From IMG/VR virus record IMGVR_UViG_2061766007_000545: a DNA stretch of 64,000 nt. One strand, 5' to 3'. The position numbers were made by a program, and so were the translations under genes. Of this stretch, positions 20,729 to 30,654 are shown piece after piece. Numbering within the stretch: position 1 is the first letter of the stretch; every line of letters starts with the position of its first letter. Source of the stretch: an uncultured virus (IMG/VR IMGVR_UViG_2061766007_000545) (Duplodnaviria; Heunggongvirae; Uroviricota; Caudoviricetes). The notes beneath the pieces are model-generated. The model had not been told where the DNA came from. It made no database searches and was given only the letters and a program-made list of their open reading frames with translations.

Positions 20729-21790
20729 CTACTCCCAATCTTTAACTTTTGTACCCCTAAAAGAATTACGCTTAGGTGGAACTCGTGTCCATACCAAGAG
20801 GTCGCGCGCACGAGTAGCCGCAACATAACTAACGCACTTTTCTTCAAGATTATAGAAACGGGCGCCAATTACAACTACTTTATTTGCTTCCAAGCCTTTT
20901 GCGGCATGGATAGTAAGAACTTTTACTGTAGGCTCTTTAAGCTTTTGGTTTAGCTCTTTTGTATTAAGCTGAGAGCGTTTAAAGGTATCGTAAGGTACTC
21001 CGTACTTACTTAGCGCGCGTGCCATTACATCTATCTCATCATTTGTACGACTTAAAACAAACCACTCTCCATAGTTACCGTAGGATTTAATTGTTTCTGC
21101 GATTCGTTCAGGATTATATTCACGCTCAATTACTCGACCATCTGTTTCTCTCATAGGAATTGATTCATCTCTATATCCAAGTCCGGCAAGACGAATTATT
21201 CCTTTTGCATAATCGAGAATTTTACGACCATTACGATAGTTTTCATCTAATTCGTAAAGTTTTACATCATCGCGTTTTGAAAGGTCAATAAGTATATCGG
21301 GGCGCGCGTCTAAGAATCCGTAAATGGATTGTCTCCAGTCTCCCACCAGGAACCAGTTCTTCGGATTCACATACTCAAGCAAAACTTTAAACTGTTCTTC
21401 TGTTGAGTCTTGCGCTTCATCAAGCAAAAGATAATCTACTTCTTGAATACACTCACGATGGTCAGATATTCTTTGAAAGAGTTTATCAAATTCTTCGTTT
21501 TCGAGAATATCGCTTGTACTAATACCGCCGCACATTAGAAGAAAATTTACATAGGAGTGAATTGTGCCAATAAAAATTCCTTGTGCATTTGTGAGGCGGT
21601 CATAAATATTTTCTGCTGCTGCATTTGTGAAAGTTAAAGCAACAATTCTTTTTGGATCTACCCCTTCATTAATTAAGCGCTGAATGCGCTCCACGAGAAC
21701 TGCGCTCTTCCCAGAGGCAGCAGAGGCGCAAACAACAATATGGGGTTCTTTTGCGTCTACTATTTTTTGTTGGTTTCTACTTAAATTCAT
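20729..21790 (-). CDS. Compact UvrD/Rep-like SF1 helicase
   Basis: ASAASGKS, LTFTNAAA, LDEAQD, VGDWRQSIYGF, ENYR, TIHAAKGLE, YVAATRA. Confidence 0.9.
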   Translation of the reverse strand: MNLSRNQQKIVDAKEPHIVVCASAASGKSAVLVERIQRLINEGVDPKRIVALTFTNAAAENIYDRLTNAQGIFIGTIHSYVNFLLMCGGISTSDILENEEFDKLFQRISDHRECIQEVDYLLLDEAQDSTEEQFKVLLEYVNPKNWFLVGDWRQSIYGFLDARPDILIDLSKRDDVKLYELDENYRNGRKILDYAKGIIRLAGLGYRDESIPMRETDGRVIEREYNPERIAETIKSYGNYGEWFVLSRTNDEIDVMARALSKYGVPYDTFKRSQLNTKELNQKLKEPTVKVLTIHAAKGLEANKVVVIGARFYNLEEKCVSYVAATRARDLLVWTRVPPKRNSFRGTKVKDWE

Positions 21791-21836
21791 TTTTCTCTCC
21801 GACCTGTTCAGATTAGCCTGCTCAGGATTTACTAGT

Positions 21837-22493
21837 TTATTGTCTTTGAGGTCCTTTTTCATATTTTCTCTTCCAAATATAATGATATGCAGTTTTCATT
21901 TCACCTCTACAACAGGACCTAATATTAGATGAACTCCATCCATTAATTCTTCCCGCCTCTGAAGCAGAACTATATTCTCTTATAAAGTTCCCATCTAAAT
22001 CAAATTGTAGAACTGGATCTGCATTTTTCTTTTTACTAAATTCACTAACCCTTTTGGCAATATCTTCATCGGTTATTAAGCCAGCACCTTTAAGTCTATT
22101 TAATACTAAATTTGTGCGCCCTATTCCCATTTTTCTTTCTATTTCTTTTCCTGTATATCCTTCTTGCCAAAGAGCGTACATGGTTTCGATATCATATTTT
22201 ATCATTCCTTCTCCGCCTAAACTTACATTATATCCATTTTCTTCAGTAAGACTTTTATATTTTTGTATATAGCAAATTTCTTTTTCATTTATCAGTTCTG
22301 AGGGAATATTATTCTCTATTACTTCTATAGAAAAGTTTTCCAATCCATATTTTCGCATAGCTAAATATAGTGGATAATTTACAGTATAAATATGGCGTTT
22401 ATGCTCTTCCCACCTTTCTTGGAGAGACCGCTCAGTTTTTCCTACATATTTTTTATTATTAATTTTATTGGTTATTAAGTAAATTAATCCCAT
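21837..22493 (-). CDS. Free-standing GIY-YIG homing endonuclease with NUMOD1-like C-terminus
   Basis: LIYLITN..KYVGKT, GYN, VLQFDLDGNFIREYSSASEA..IRSCCRG. Confidence 0.88.
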   Translation of the reverse strand: MGLIYLITNKINNKKYVGKTERSLQERWEEHKRHIYTVNYPLYLAMRKYGLENFSIEVIENNIPSELINEKEICYIQKYKSLTEENGYNVSLGGEGMIKYDIETMYALWQEGYTGKEIERKMGIGRTNLVLNRLKGAGLITDEDIAKRVSEFSKKKNADPVLQFDLDGNFIREYSSASEAGRINGWSSSNIRSCCRGEMKTAYHYIWKRKYEKGPQRQ

Positions 22494-22498
22494 AATTA

Positions 22499-23521
22499 CT
22501 ACCCCTGTCTTTCGTTAAGTCCGTATTCTTTCGAGCCGTAGAAGTTAATCCAATATTTTTCTCTTTCTCCAAGTTTATCCTTTGGTACTTCTTCAAGCAC
22601 TTCAAAGGTAAATTGGTCAACTCCATCTTTTTCCATAGTAGTATGGAGCATTGAATGAGCGATAGTGCCAACACCAAATGCGGTTTTAATGTGCTGTCCC
22701 CATCTATCACGAATATTAGTTGATTTACCGACATAGATTTCTTTAGTTTTAAGTCGAGTTATCTTATAGATACCAGATGGTGCAGAACCATTAAGTACAC
22801 GCTTAATCATTTCTTGCGCGGGTTTTGCTATGTAAGTATCATAGATAATCTTATCAAGAAAAGAACGATTAGAAAGACGAGGCGCAATAGAACGTAGGAC
22901 TTCAATATCTTGTTTAGCAGTATCACTAAGGCAAACTCGATAGAAGTCTTGTTTTTCTTCGATAGCGCGCTGACGAAGTATTTCTTGGTTGATGACTTCG
23001 CGCTTCTCTTTAAAGTCATTAATTATGAAGTCTAATTCAGTAATTTCTATCCGCTTCTTCTGTGCAAGTTCCTCGTTAGTGGCGAGGTACCCTTCGAGTT
23101 CTTTCCGTGCGTCTTCTTTTATTGATTCGAGAAGACGAGCAGTAGTATTACGGTAGTCATTTACTTCGTTGTCGAAATGACGATGGATTTCTTCATTATT
23201 TTTCTCCGTAGAAGTTCTTACGTATTCTGCGCCCGCTCGCTCCTGCGCGTCTCGCATCCGCTGGAATTCCTCAGTGGACTTCTTAGCATCATCTCGCGCA
23301 GAAGTAAGCCGCGCGCCTTGTGCATAGACCTCTGCTTCCAAATCCGAAATTTTCTTCTGTGCTTCCGCATCTAATTCAGCAAAACGACTTTCTAATTCTA
23401 TTCTATATTTATCTACTATTTTATCTCTAAGTTTATTTTCTTCTTTTTTTAATTTACTTCTATATACTATATCTATTATTAATATTACTATTATAATACT
23501 ACTTATAATATATATATACAT
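22499..23521 (-). CDS. Membrane-anchored coiled-coil protein with C-terminal GIY-YIG domain
   Basis: Hydrophobic N-terminus, charged helical middle, SGIYKIT..IYVGKS..RW..H..EREKYWI. Confidence 0.8.
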   Translation of the reverse strand: MYIYIISSIIIVILIIDIVYRSKLKKEENKLRDKIVDKYRIELESRFAELDAEAQKKISDLEAEVYAQGARLTSARDDAKKSTEEFQRMRDAQERAGAEYVRTSTEKNNEEIHRHFDNEVNDYRNTTARLLESIKEDARKELEGYLATNEELAQKKRIEITELDFIINDFKEKREVINQEILRQRAIEEKQDFYRVCLSDTAKQDIEVLRSIAPRLSNRSFLDKIIYDTYIAKPAQEMIKRVLNGSAPSGIYKITRLKTKEIYVGKSTNIRDRWGQHIKTAFGVGTIAHSMLHTTMEKDGVDQFTFEVLEEVPKDKLGEREKYWINFYGSKEYGLNERQG

Positions 23522-23548
23522 AAAATTTACCTCCCGTTTTATAAGTAG

Positions 23549-23577
23549 ATTATACCACAAAACGAGAGGTAAGTCAA
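23549..23577 (-). promoter_or_regulatory. Sigma-A-type promoter
   Basis: TTGACT-17-TATAAT. Confidence 0.78.
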
Positions 23578-23583
23578 ATTTTC

Positions 23584-24045
23584 TTAATTATCGTTTAGAG
23601 TAAGAAATCCAGTATCCTCACTAATGATTTCCCAATCTAAGGTTCTGTTGTACGCGCGCTCTACCGTTCCATTTCCACTTTCATTTTTATAATCTTGGAA
23701 AAGTTGGTCGAGAATTTCTCTATCGCGTTCAGTAATTTTCTTATATGGTTTATACTTATCTATAATGCGCACAATATTTGCACGAAGCATATCTTTTGAA
23801 CTTCCGATAAGTAAATCCATCTTTTTATTTTGTTCTTCATTTATTTTATAAATTTCTTTTACTGTTGGCGCAAAATCTTCTTTAACCTTATCTTGGATAT
23901 ATTGTGTTAGCTCTTTTGTTTTTCGCTCCTGATTCTTTTTAAATATATTGATTGGAACGTCGAAATATTTTAGTAATGCTACAATCGATCCAAGAATTGT
24001 AAGAATTAAAGTAAGAAAGGCACTAATGGTTTGTAAAGTCTGCAT
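23584..24045 (-). CDS. Single-TM phage membrane protein (holin-like)
   Basis: N-terminal TM helix, C-terminal YKNESGNG motif typical of Firmicute phage lysis-region proteins. Confidence 0.55.
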   Translation of the reverse strand: MQTLQTISAFLTLILTILGSIVALLKYFDVPINIFKKNQERKTKELTQYIQDKVKEDFAPTVKEIYKINEEQNKKMDLLIGSSKDMLRANIVRIIDKYKPYKKITERDREILDQLFQDYKNESGNGTVERAYNRTLDWEIISEDTGFLTLNDN

Positions 24046-24176
24046 GATTTCTCCCTCCTTTCGTTATGAAAGTAAGATTCTGCACGGACAATTAAAATTT
24101 TTTGTGTTCACGCAGAAATTAGAGTCTTTAAAAGAGAATTTTACTTCTATTTAGAATAATGAAGGAGGATACCGGT

Positions 24177-24497
24177 ATGTTCAAAATTAATAAGTCTGAA
24201 ATCCATATGACACGCGGAGATAGCGCGCAGTTTACGGTTAATCTCGTGTTTAGTAATGGAATTCAGTACACAATGGAGGATACTGATCAGCTACGTTTTA
24301 GTATGAAGCAAGAGCGTGCGGACGAATTATCTCTCCAAAAAACGATAACTGGTACAGCCACCTTTAACTTAGTTCCAGCGGATACGAATCAACTTGAATA
24401 TGGACGTTATAAGTATGATATTCAGTTGCTTCGTGGGGAAGAAGTTTATACAGTTGTACCATATGCAGATTTATTCTTAGAAAAGGAAGTCGGTTAG
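24177..24497 (+). CDS. BppU-like baseplate/Ig-fold structural protein
   Basis: TRGDS..F.V, LVPADT..L.YG.Y.YDIQL pattern; GGAGG RBS. Confidence 0.65.
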   Translation: MFKINKSEIHMTRGDSAQFTVNLVFSNGIQYTMEDTDQLRFSMKQERADELSLQKTITGTATFNLVPADTNQLEYGRYKYDIQLLRGEEVYTVVPYADLFLEKEVG

Positions 24498-24552
24498 ACT
24501 CTAGATAGAGTTTCGATTTTCTCTACCACACACTTAAGGAGGAAAAAGAAAT

Positions 24553-24735
24553 ATGTTTTTAATTAAGGATGGGGCGGCTTATGATACGCCTATTAAGACT
24601 TACTACGTTGAGTCAGAAGCAGAGCTTACGGATATTCCGGCTGAAGCACCTGCGGGTACTATTGTAGAAGTTAATGCGAGTACTGGCTTTAAAGTATTTA
24701 TGAAGAATAGTCAGGGCGAGTTTAATGAGCTATAA
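24553..24735 (+). CDS. Small hypothetical (tail-associated) protein
   Basis: AAGGAGG RBS, 60 aa, operon position. Confidence 0.6.
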   Translation: MFLIKDGAAYDTPIKTYYVESEAELTDIPAEAPAGTIVEVNASTGFKVFMKNSQGEFNEL

Positions 24736-24747
24736 GGAGGCGAGAAT

Positions 24748-26430
24748 ATGGATGGATTAATTGCGCTTGCTTTAGCGAAAAAGTATACAGATGAGCACGG
24801 CGGTGGAGGCGGCGAAGGCGTTAAGTATCATTCTGGTAGTGGCGCGCCAACTAGTTCCGTTGTTGCTAGTGCAGGTGATTTGTATACGGATACGACAAAT
24901 AATAAGTTATATCAATGTACGCAGTATATCGACCCATCAACAACATCTGATTTATCGGGTATGACTGTTACTTTTAATTCAGTTTTAGATTTAACAAAAT
25001 ATGGTGGCGGAGATACTACAATTCCAGTAACTTTTGTTTTTTCTACATCCACCTATTCTTATTCTTTTTTTAGGGTTATGTATAATTCTAAGTGGAATTA
25101 TAATCAACTTAGATATGGGGACGGCTTATTGGTTTATACAGAGCAGAATGGAAAAGGATGGGAGGAAGAAGATTATAGAACCATTACTATAACTGGAGGA
25201 ACAGGAGCCACAGATAGAGAAGTAATTACATGGTTACTTTCTAATACATCATCTGCAGGTTCTACCTGGGTTGAAGTATCAGCTAATGATATTCGTATTC
25301 CCTCAGTTACTTCATCTGATGAGAATAAAGTAATGACAGTTAACTCCTCAGGTAGCTGGGTAGCGGCTAATGTTCCTACTGAACTACCGGTCGTAACTGG
25401 TGCTGATAATGGAAAGGTACTTGGTGTAGATAATGGGGGATGGGCGAAGATTGATGTGCCTAGTGAATTGCCTCCTATCTCTACTGGTGATGCGGGTAAG
25501 GTTCTTACTGTAAACTCGGGAGAAACTGGGGTTGAGTGGACGACTCCGTCAAGTGGAGATAGTGGAATTGTGGCTCATAGTGGTAGTGGAGCACCTACAT
25601 CAATCATCGTTGCTAGTGTGGGTGATTTGTATAGAGATACCGCTACGAATAAAATCTATCAATGTAGTAATTATGCTGATCCAAGTATGATTACAAATTT
25701 AACAAATTTGACTATCACATTTAACGACACAATACCTACAGATCAGTTTAACACTACTGGAACATATAGTATAAATTTTGGTAATGAAAGTGGTAGTTCA
25801 ACAGGAATAGCTATACAAAAAGGTTCAACTGGTGGCTCTTTAAGGACTCAATCTGGTACGGGTGCTATGGGATTTAATTTCTGTAATATCTATCAGACAT
25901 GGACTGGATGGGATTATCCAGTAGTTAAGACGGTCACAATAACCGGTGGTAACGATGTAACAAATGCAAATCTTATAGGTTTTATATCAAGAAATGCTTC
26001 TATTTCAGGAGTAGGTTCTTCTTGGGTTGAACTCGTAGCGAAAGATAATAGACTTCCTGACGTAGCAGTTGCTGACGAAGGAAAAGTCCTACAGGTTAAC
26101 TCGAGTGGAAGTTGGGTAGCAGGCGTGGCAGGCGGTATGACTGTTACTGAATGTTGGAGCGGAGGAGCTACCGATTCCTACACGAATTTCACGACAGCAT
26201 TAACCGATTTTACGTTCGCGCTGATTTCTGCATCGACGGCAGCGCAGGGCGATGTTTATTATCAAGATTTCGTTCTTGTTCCGGTAGCTATTTTGGCTGC
26301 AGAAACGCCTGGAAATGCCGTAAGACTAGTCAATAATACCAACGTGGCTTACTTTACTTTATCAAAAATAAAAGGAAGAGCCTCAAGTGCAACCGGTTTT
26401 ACCACATTCAAAGTTTACGGCATTAAATAA
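24748..26430 (+). CDS. Modular tail fibre/virion surface protein
   Basis: Two GSGAPTS..GDLY.DT..NK.YQC modules and repeated LP.V...D.GKVL.V...G.W linkers. Confidence 0.7.
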   Translation: MDGLIALALAKKYTDEHGGGGGEGVKYHSGSGAPTSSVVASAGDLYTDTTNNKLYQCTQYIDPSTTSDLSGMTVTFNSVLDLTKYGGGDTTIPVTFVFSTSTYSYSFFRVMYNSKWNYNQLRYGDGLLVYTEQNGKGWEEEDYRTITITGGTGATDREVITWLLSNTSSAGSTWVEVSANDIRIPSVTSSDENKVMTVNSSGSWVAANVPTELPVVTGADNGKVLGVDNGGWAKIDVPSELPPISTGDAGKVLTVNSGETGVEWTTPSSGDSGIVAHSGSGAPTSIIVASVGDLYRDTATNKIYQCSNYADPSMITNLTNLTITFNDTIPTDQFNTTGTYSINFGNESGSSTGIAIQKGSTGGSLRTQSGTGAMGFNFCNIYQTWTGWDYPVVKTVTITGGNDVTNANLIGFISRNASISGVGSSWVELVAKDNRLPDVAVADEGKVLQVNSSGSWVAGVAGGMTVTECWSGGATDSYTNFTTALTDFTFALISASTAAQGDVYYQDFVLVPVAILAAETPGNAVRLVNNTNVAYFTLSKIKGRASSATGFTTFKVYGIK

Positions 26431-26448
26431 TTAAAAGAAAGGAACCAA

Positions 26449-26484
26449 AAGAGGTAGGCGCCTAACTACGTCTACCTCTTCTTT
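26449..26484 (+). terminator. Intrinsic terminator
   Basis: AAGAGGTAGGCG/CGTCTACCTCTT then T-rich. Confidence 0.7.
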
Positions 26485-26517
26485 AAAATTTACGGAGAGA
26501 AAAGGAGAATTACGAAA

Positions 26518-29500
26518 ATGATGTATTCAAATCCCGGTTTTGCAATGGGTACGAGTATAGGAGCGACGCTTGAAACAGCGGCCTCTGGTAGCGGGATTAC
26601 TGATCATAACAGATACCAGTACACAATGGAAGATAACGGATACTTCCTTATTACCCAGGCGCGCACTATACCTAATGGTGAAACCGATCCTCAACTTCCT
26701 ACTCCTACTGGATTTACGAAATTAAACGAGAGAGTAATCGTTAATGGGAGTGAATACTCTGGCTATAAGACTACCGCTCTCGGTGTATATATAAAACAAT
26801 GTAGTCAAGGAGAAGTTATATCTGCTTCTCTCGCACCCGATTCTAGAATTACTTTAGATCCGGTTGAAGTAGTTAGTTCAGTTTATCCAAATAGATATAC
26901 TCAATTACAAGACTTAATTTTTAACTATATTACTGATACTAATGCTGCGCGCAGTAGTCTAGGTATTAGTGAATCAAATGTATATGGTTTTGATATTGAG
27001 TTTCGCGCTGACTATCAAAATGATAGTACTCATGGAGTAATCTTAGCCGGACACGCCGATGGTTTTAGAATGTTACGCTCAGGTGCGCAACTCACTCTTT
27101 TTGTGCGTAATACTCTAGTTTATCAAGATGATGTATTAAATATGTACGAATGGAATACCGTTTCATTAAAGAATAATACATTAACTGTTAATGGAGTAGA
27201 CGTACATACAATAGATACAAGTTTTGCGGTAGGAACTAATTCTACTACAATCTATGTATTTGGTTATGGCGCAGGAGTAAGTGATTGGCGCTATACCGCA
27301 GGAGTTGGCGCGGTTAGAAAGGTAGTTCTATATCGTGCTAATGATTCCTATACCTATTATCCTACTTTTGATACTAGATATAATAATAGTTATGGAATGT
27401 TCAATGTAAATACAGAAAACTTTTATAGTACTGAAGTTAGTTATACTGCTTTTACAACAGGATATAATTATCAACAACAAGATTATCCATTATTTACTTC
27501 TGGTCCAATAAATCAAGGAGTTTATGGAGATATAATTGGTGTTCCAATATATGGCGCGCTAAGATATGAATATAGTACAGATTGGAATGATTTAGGTGTA
27601 TATACAAAAGATGGCAGATATGCTTCTATATATTTTGCATTATCAAATCCAACAAGTGGTAATATAGTTAAAGATGGTAATAATTATTGCTATTTTACTA
27701 GACCTCCTAAAGTTGATAGTACTAATAACTGGTATAATGGAGAAGGCGCAACTGGTTTGATCGGTGGTTTTTCTCCTGATATGGCTTCGGGAGTTAATTT
27801 TTTTAACGATATTTATAGTAATTATACTAGTGATGGAATAACCACTTTTGAAGTACGCTTTTTTGATGAAAATAGTAAACAAGATGAGACTTTTGGTACT
27901 ATTATTCGTAACGGTATTAGATATACTCCAGATATTAAAAAAATAATTCCTACTTATAATGGAACTTTTATAAATGATTTTAAGGTACTTCATAACTATG
28001 ATTACAAATTTGAAGGAGAAACTATTCACGATTCTATTGAATCAATAAAGTTTATAGTGCCTTCTGCTGTTTCAAATGTTTCTAGTTATCCATATACTAC
28101 ATTGCAATTTAAATATATAAATATGCAATTTTGTTCTAGTACTTGGAATATATTTAGTGATCAACTTGGAAGTATAAGTCCATTAGATTATCATAATATA
28201 GTGCTTGGTGGAAGACTTGTTGCAAATACAAATTATAATCATTCAACATCTATAACCAAACCTATAACTGGTGCTACTGATGCACAAAACTATTCTTCTA
28301 GTTATGGTAATGTAATTCTTGGAGAGTATAACTATGGTTATACTTCTAGTACTTATTTTGGTGGAAGAGTAATTATTGGTAGAAATAACAAATCTTATAC
28401 TTCAAGTGGTGACACTCATTGGATTATAGGTGAGTCTAATGATATCATATCACAGGATTATTTATTCTGTGGTGGATATGGTAATAAAGTACATTTACGC
28501 TATGATTATCCAGGAACCGGTATAATTGGCGCATACAACGTTTTAATTGACTCTTCTTCGGACGCTGGTGCATATGCCCCATTTGTAGCAGGCGCGCATA
28601 ACACTCTTCAAACCCATTATGGTTCACAGAATATAATTGGATATGAAAATTCAGTATATGACAATAAAGATGTATCATATAGTTGGAATGTTAATGGTAA
28701 CACATATAGCGGTAGTTATGATGATGACATAGGGCGCTATGGAGTATTTGTTTCTGGTCGACTTAATAATGTTTATGGCGGTACAACTGCTTGTATTGGT
28801 TTTAGTAATGCGATTAATGATGATATTGGATATAATGATACCACTACAGTTCTTGATTCCAATAAGAATGGAATGGTATATATATCTCGTGGTGTTATTG
28901 GCTCACAAAATACGGTTGCAGGTGTTTTATTTACGGCAGGCGCAAATAACGTTGTACAAGCTATATCTACCGTACTCGGTGAAAGAAACCGGTGTAATCA
29001 AATTGAAACATATGGCACCTACGTAACACCTGGAATCGTCGTAAATACGGACTACCTTATTCGTAGAGGACAAATTCTCGGTTCCTTTAACCAAGTAAAT
29101 GGTAGTGGTACTATTGTTGGTTTTGCAAATAGAGCAAATCGTGTTAAAGCGATTTTTGGTTCTGATAACTATGTAGATTTAGATACTCAGCCTACTATTA
29201 GTAGTATGATTTTCGGTGATCGAAATAGACTTGTTACTTCACCGAATAGCCACATCTTTGGTTCTCTTAATGATGTGAGTAGATATAATCAGACCAATGC
29301 AGGTGTACAAATCTACGGTAGTGAAAATAGTGGAACTATTGGTTATGCAATATATGGTATAAATAACTATAGTGGTGCTGGTACCGGTTTTATATATGGT
29401 TCATATAATAGTTTATCTGATAGCCAAGAAAGTATATATGGTAGTTACAACACAATATCTGGTCATATTAGCTACGCATTAGTTGGTGATTGGAATACTG

Positions 29501-30654
29501 TAACGGGTGGTTGCAATAGTTTATTTGGTAACTCTAACCAATTAACTAATGCAAATAATTGCTTTGGTAGTTATAATACCTTGGATAGTGGTTCTAGCGC
29601 AATTGGCTTTAGTAATACAGTTAATAGTAGTTCATATGTAGTAGGAGATAATAATAGTGTTAACTCTGGTTCTACCGTATTTGGTACTAGTAATACAATT
29701 ACAGGTGGAAGTTACTGCGTTGGATTTAAGAATACTATAGAATCTGGTGGCGCGCGAATCTTTGGATATAATAATATCTATAATGGTGGTGGCGGATATA
29801 CATTTGGTGAATCTAATGAAGTAAGATATGGCGCGGTTGCCTTTGGCGCCAATAACTATGTAATGAATGGAAGTATTGCATATGGTTCCTATAATAGAAG
29901 TGGTAATCGTGGCAGTTGTAACTTTATTGGTTTTAGTAACAATTGTGAACAAGGTAACTATCATGCAAGTTCTAGTAGTTGTAATATAATTGGACTTAAT
30001 AATGTTGTTACGAATAGTGCGTATTCTGATTTAGTAATTGGTAATCATAATACTCTTATTAGTAATGATGATTATATTTCTAGATTTGCAAATATAATTC
30101 TTGGTTATAGTAATACTATAGAAAGATCTGTTGACCTTACTTTGGGTATTTACCTAAAGCATATAGAAGACAATACTTTAAGTAATCCAAGAGTTATTTT
30201 AGGCGCATATAACGATGAAATAAGTGTGCAACATGATGCAAACATTATATTTGGTGATGGTACTGCAGATAATGCACGTCATAATTTATTCTATGCCGAT
30301 ACTAATCATAATACTTACTTCTCTGGTAATGTTTATGGTGAAAATATTCCTCCTGTACCGAGCGCGCAGGGAACATATACACTTCAATGTACTGTCAATG
30401 TTGATGGTCAAGGTAATATTACTAAAGTATATGAATGGGTAACTACAAATGCAAGAGTCGCGCAAATTAGTATAGATGATGCAAATTCATTTGAAGTAGA
30501 AAATGGAGTATTTGCAACAGATGATGGTAATATAGTTCCAAAAGATACTATTACTAATTATAGTAGTGTTAAATCCGTTGCTCAATTTGGAACATTAACG
30601 AAGCTTGTATTCCCGTTTGATGAATTTGAAAGTATAACGGAGGTAACACCATAA
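26518..30654 (+). CDS. Large adhesin-like protein with YadA-head-like G-x-x-N beta-solenoid repeats
   Basis: Dozens of hydrophobic-G-x-x-N repeats at ~14-aa spacing; ends IFGDGTADNARHNLF. Confidence 0.7.
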   Translation: MMYSNPGFAMGTSIGATLETAASGSGITDHNRYQYTMEDNGYFLITQARTIPNGETDPQLPTPTGFTKLNERVIVNGSEYSGYKTTALGVYIKQCSQGEVISASLAPDSRITLDPVEVVSSVYPNRYTQLQDLIFNYITDTNAARSSLGISESNVYGFDIEFRADYQNDSTHGVILAGHADGFRMLRSGAQLTLFVRNTLVYQDDVLNMYEWNTVSLKNNTLTVNGVDVHTIDTSFAVGTNSTTIYVFGYGAGVSDWRYTAGVGAVRKVVLYRANDSYTYYPTFDTRYNNSYGMFNVNTENFYSTEVSYTAFTTGYNYQQQDYPLFTSGPINQGVYGDIIGVPIYGALRYEYSTDWNDLGVYTKDGRYASIYFALSNPTSGNIVKDGNNYCYFTRPPKVDSTNNWYNGEGATGLIGGFSPDMASGVNFFNDIYSNYTSDGITTFEVRFFDENSKQDETFGTIIRNGIRYTPDIKKIIPTYNGTFINDFKVLHNYDYKFEGETIHDSIESIKFIVPSAVSNVSSYPYTTLQFKYINMQFCSSTWNIFSDQLGSISPLDYHNIVLGGRLVANTNYNHSTSITKPITGATDAQNYSSSYGNVILGEYNYGYTSSTYFGGRVIIGRNNKSYTSSGDTHWIIGESNDIISQDYLFCGGYGNKVHLRYDYPGTGIIGAYNVLIDSSSDAGAYAPFVAGAHNTLQTHYGSQNIIGYENSVYDNKDVSYSWNVNGNTYSGSYDDDIGRYGVFVSGRLNNVYGGTTACIGFSNAINDDIGYNDTTTVLDSNKNGMVYISRGVIGSQNTVAGVLFTAGANNVVQAISTVLGERNRCNQIETYGTYVTPGIVVNTDYLIRRGQILGSFNQVNGSGTIVGFANRANRVKAIFGSDNYVDLDTQPTISSMIFGDRNRLVTSPNSHIFGSLNDVSRYNQTNAGVQIYGSENSGTIGYAIYGINNYSGAGTGFIYGSYNSLSDSQESIYGSYNTISGHISYALVGDWNTVTGGCNSLFGNSNQLTNANNCFGSYNTLDSGSSAIGFSNTVNSSSYVVGDNNSVNSGSTVFGTSNTITGGSYCVGFKNTIESGGARIFGYNNIYNGGGGYTFGESNEVRYGAVAFGANNYVMNGSIAYGSYNRSGNRGSCNFIGFSNNCEQGNYHASSSSCNIIGLNNVVTNSAYSDLVIGNHNTLISNDDYISRFANIILGYSNTIERSVDLTLGIYLKHIEDNTLSNPRVILGAYNDEISVQHDANIIFGDGTADNARHNLFYADTNHNTYFSGNVYGENIPPVPSAQGTYTLQCTVNVDGQGNITKVYEWVTTNARVAQISIDDANSFEVENGVFATDDGNIVPKDTITNYSSVKSVAQFGTLTKLVFPFDEFESITEVTP

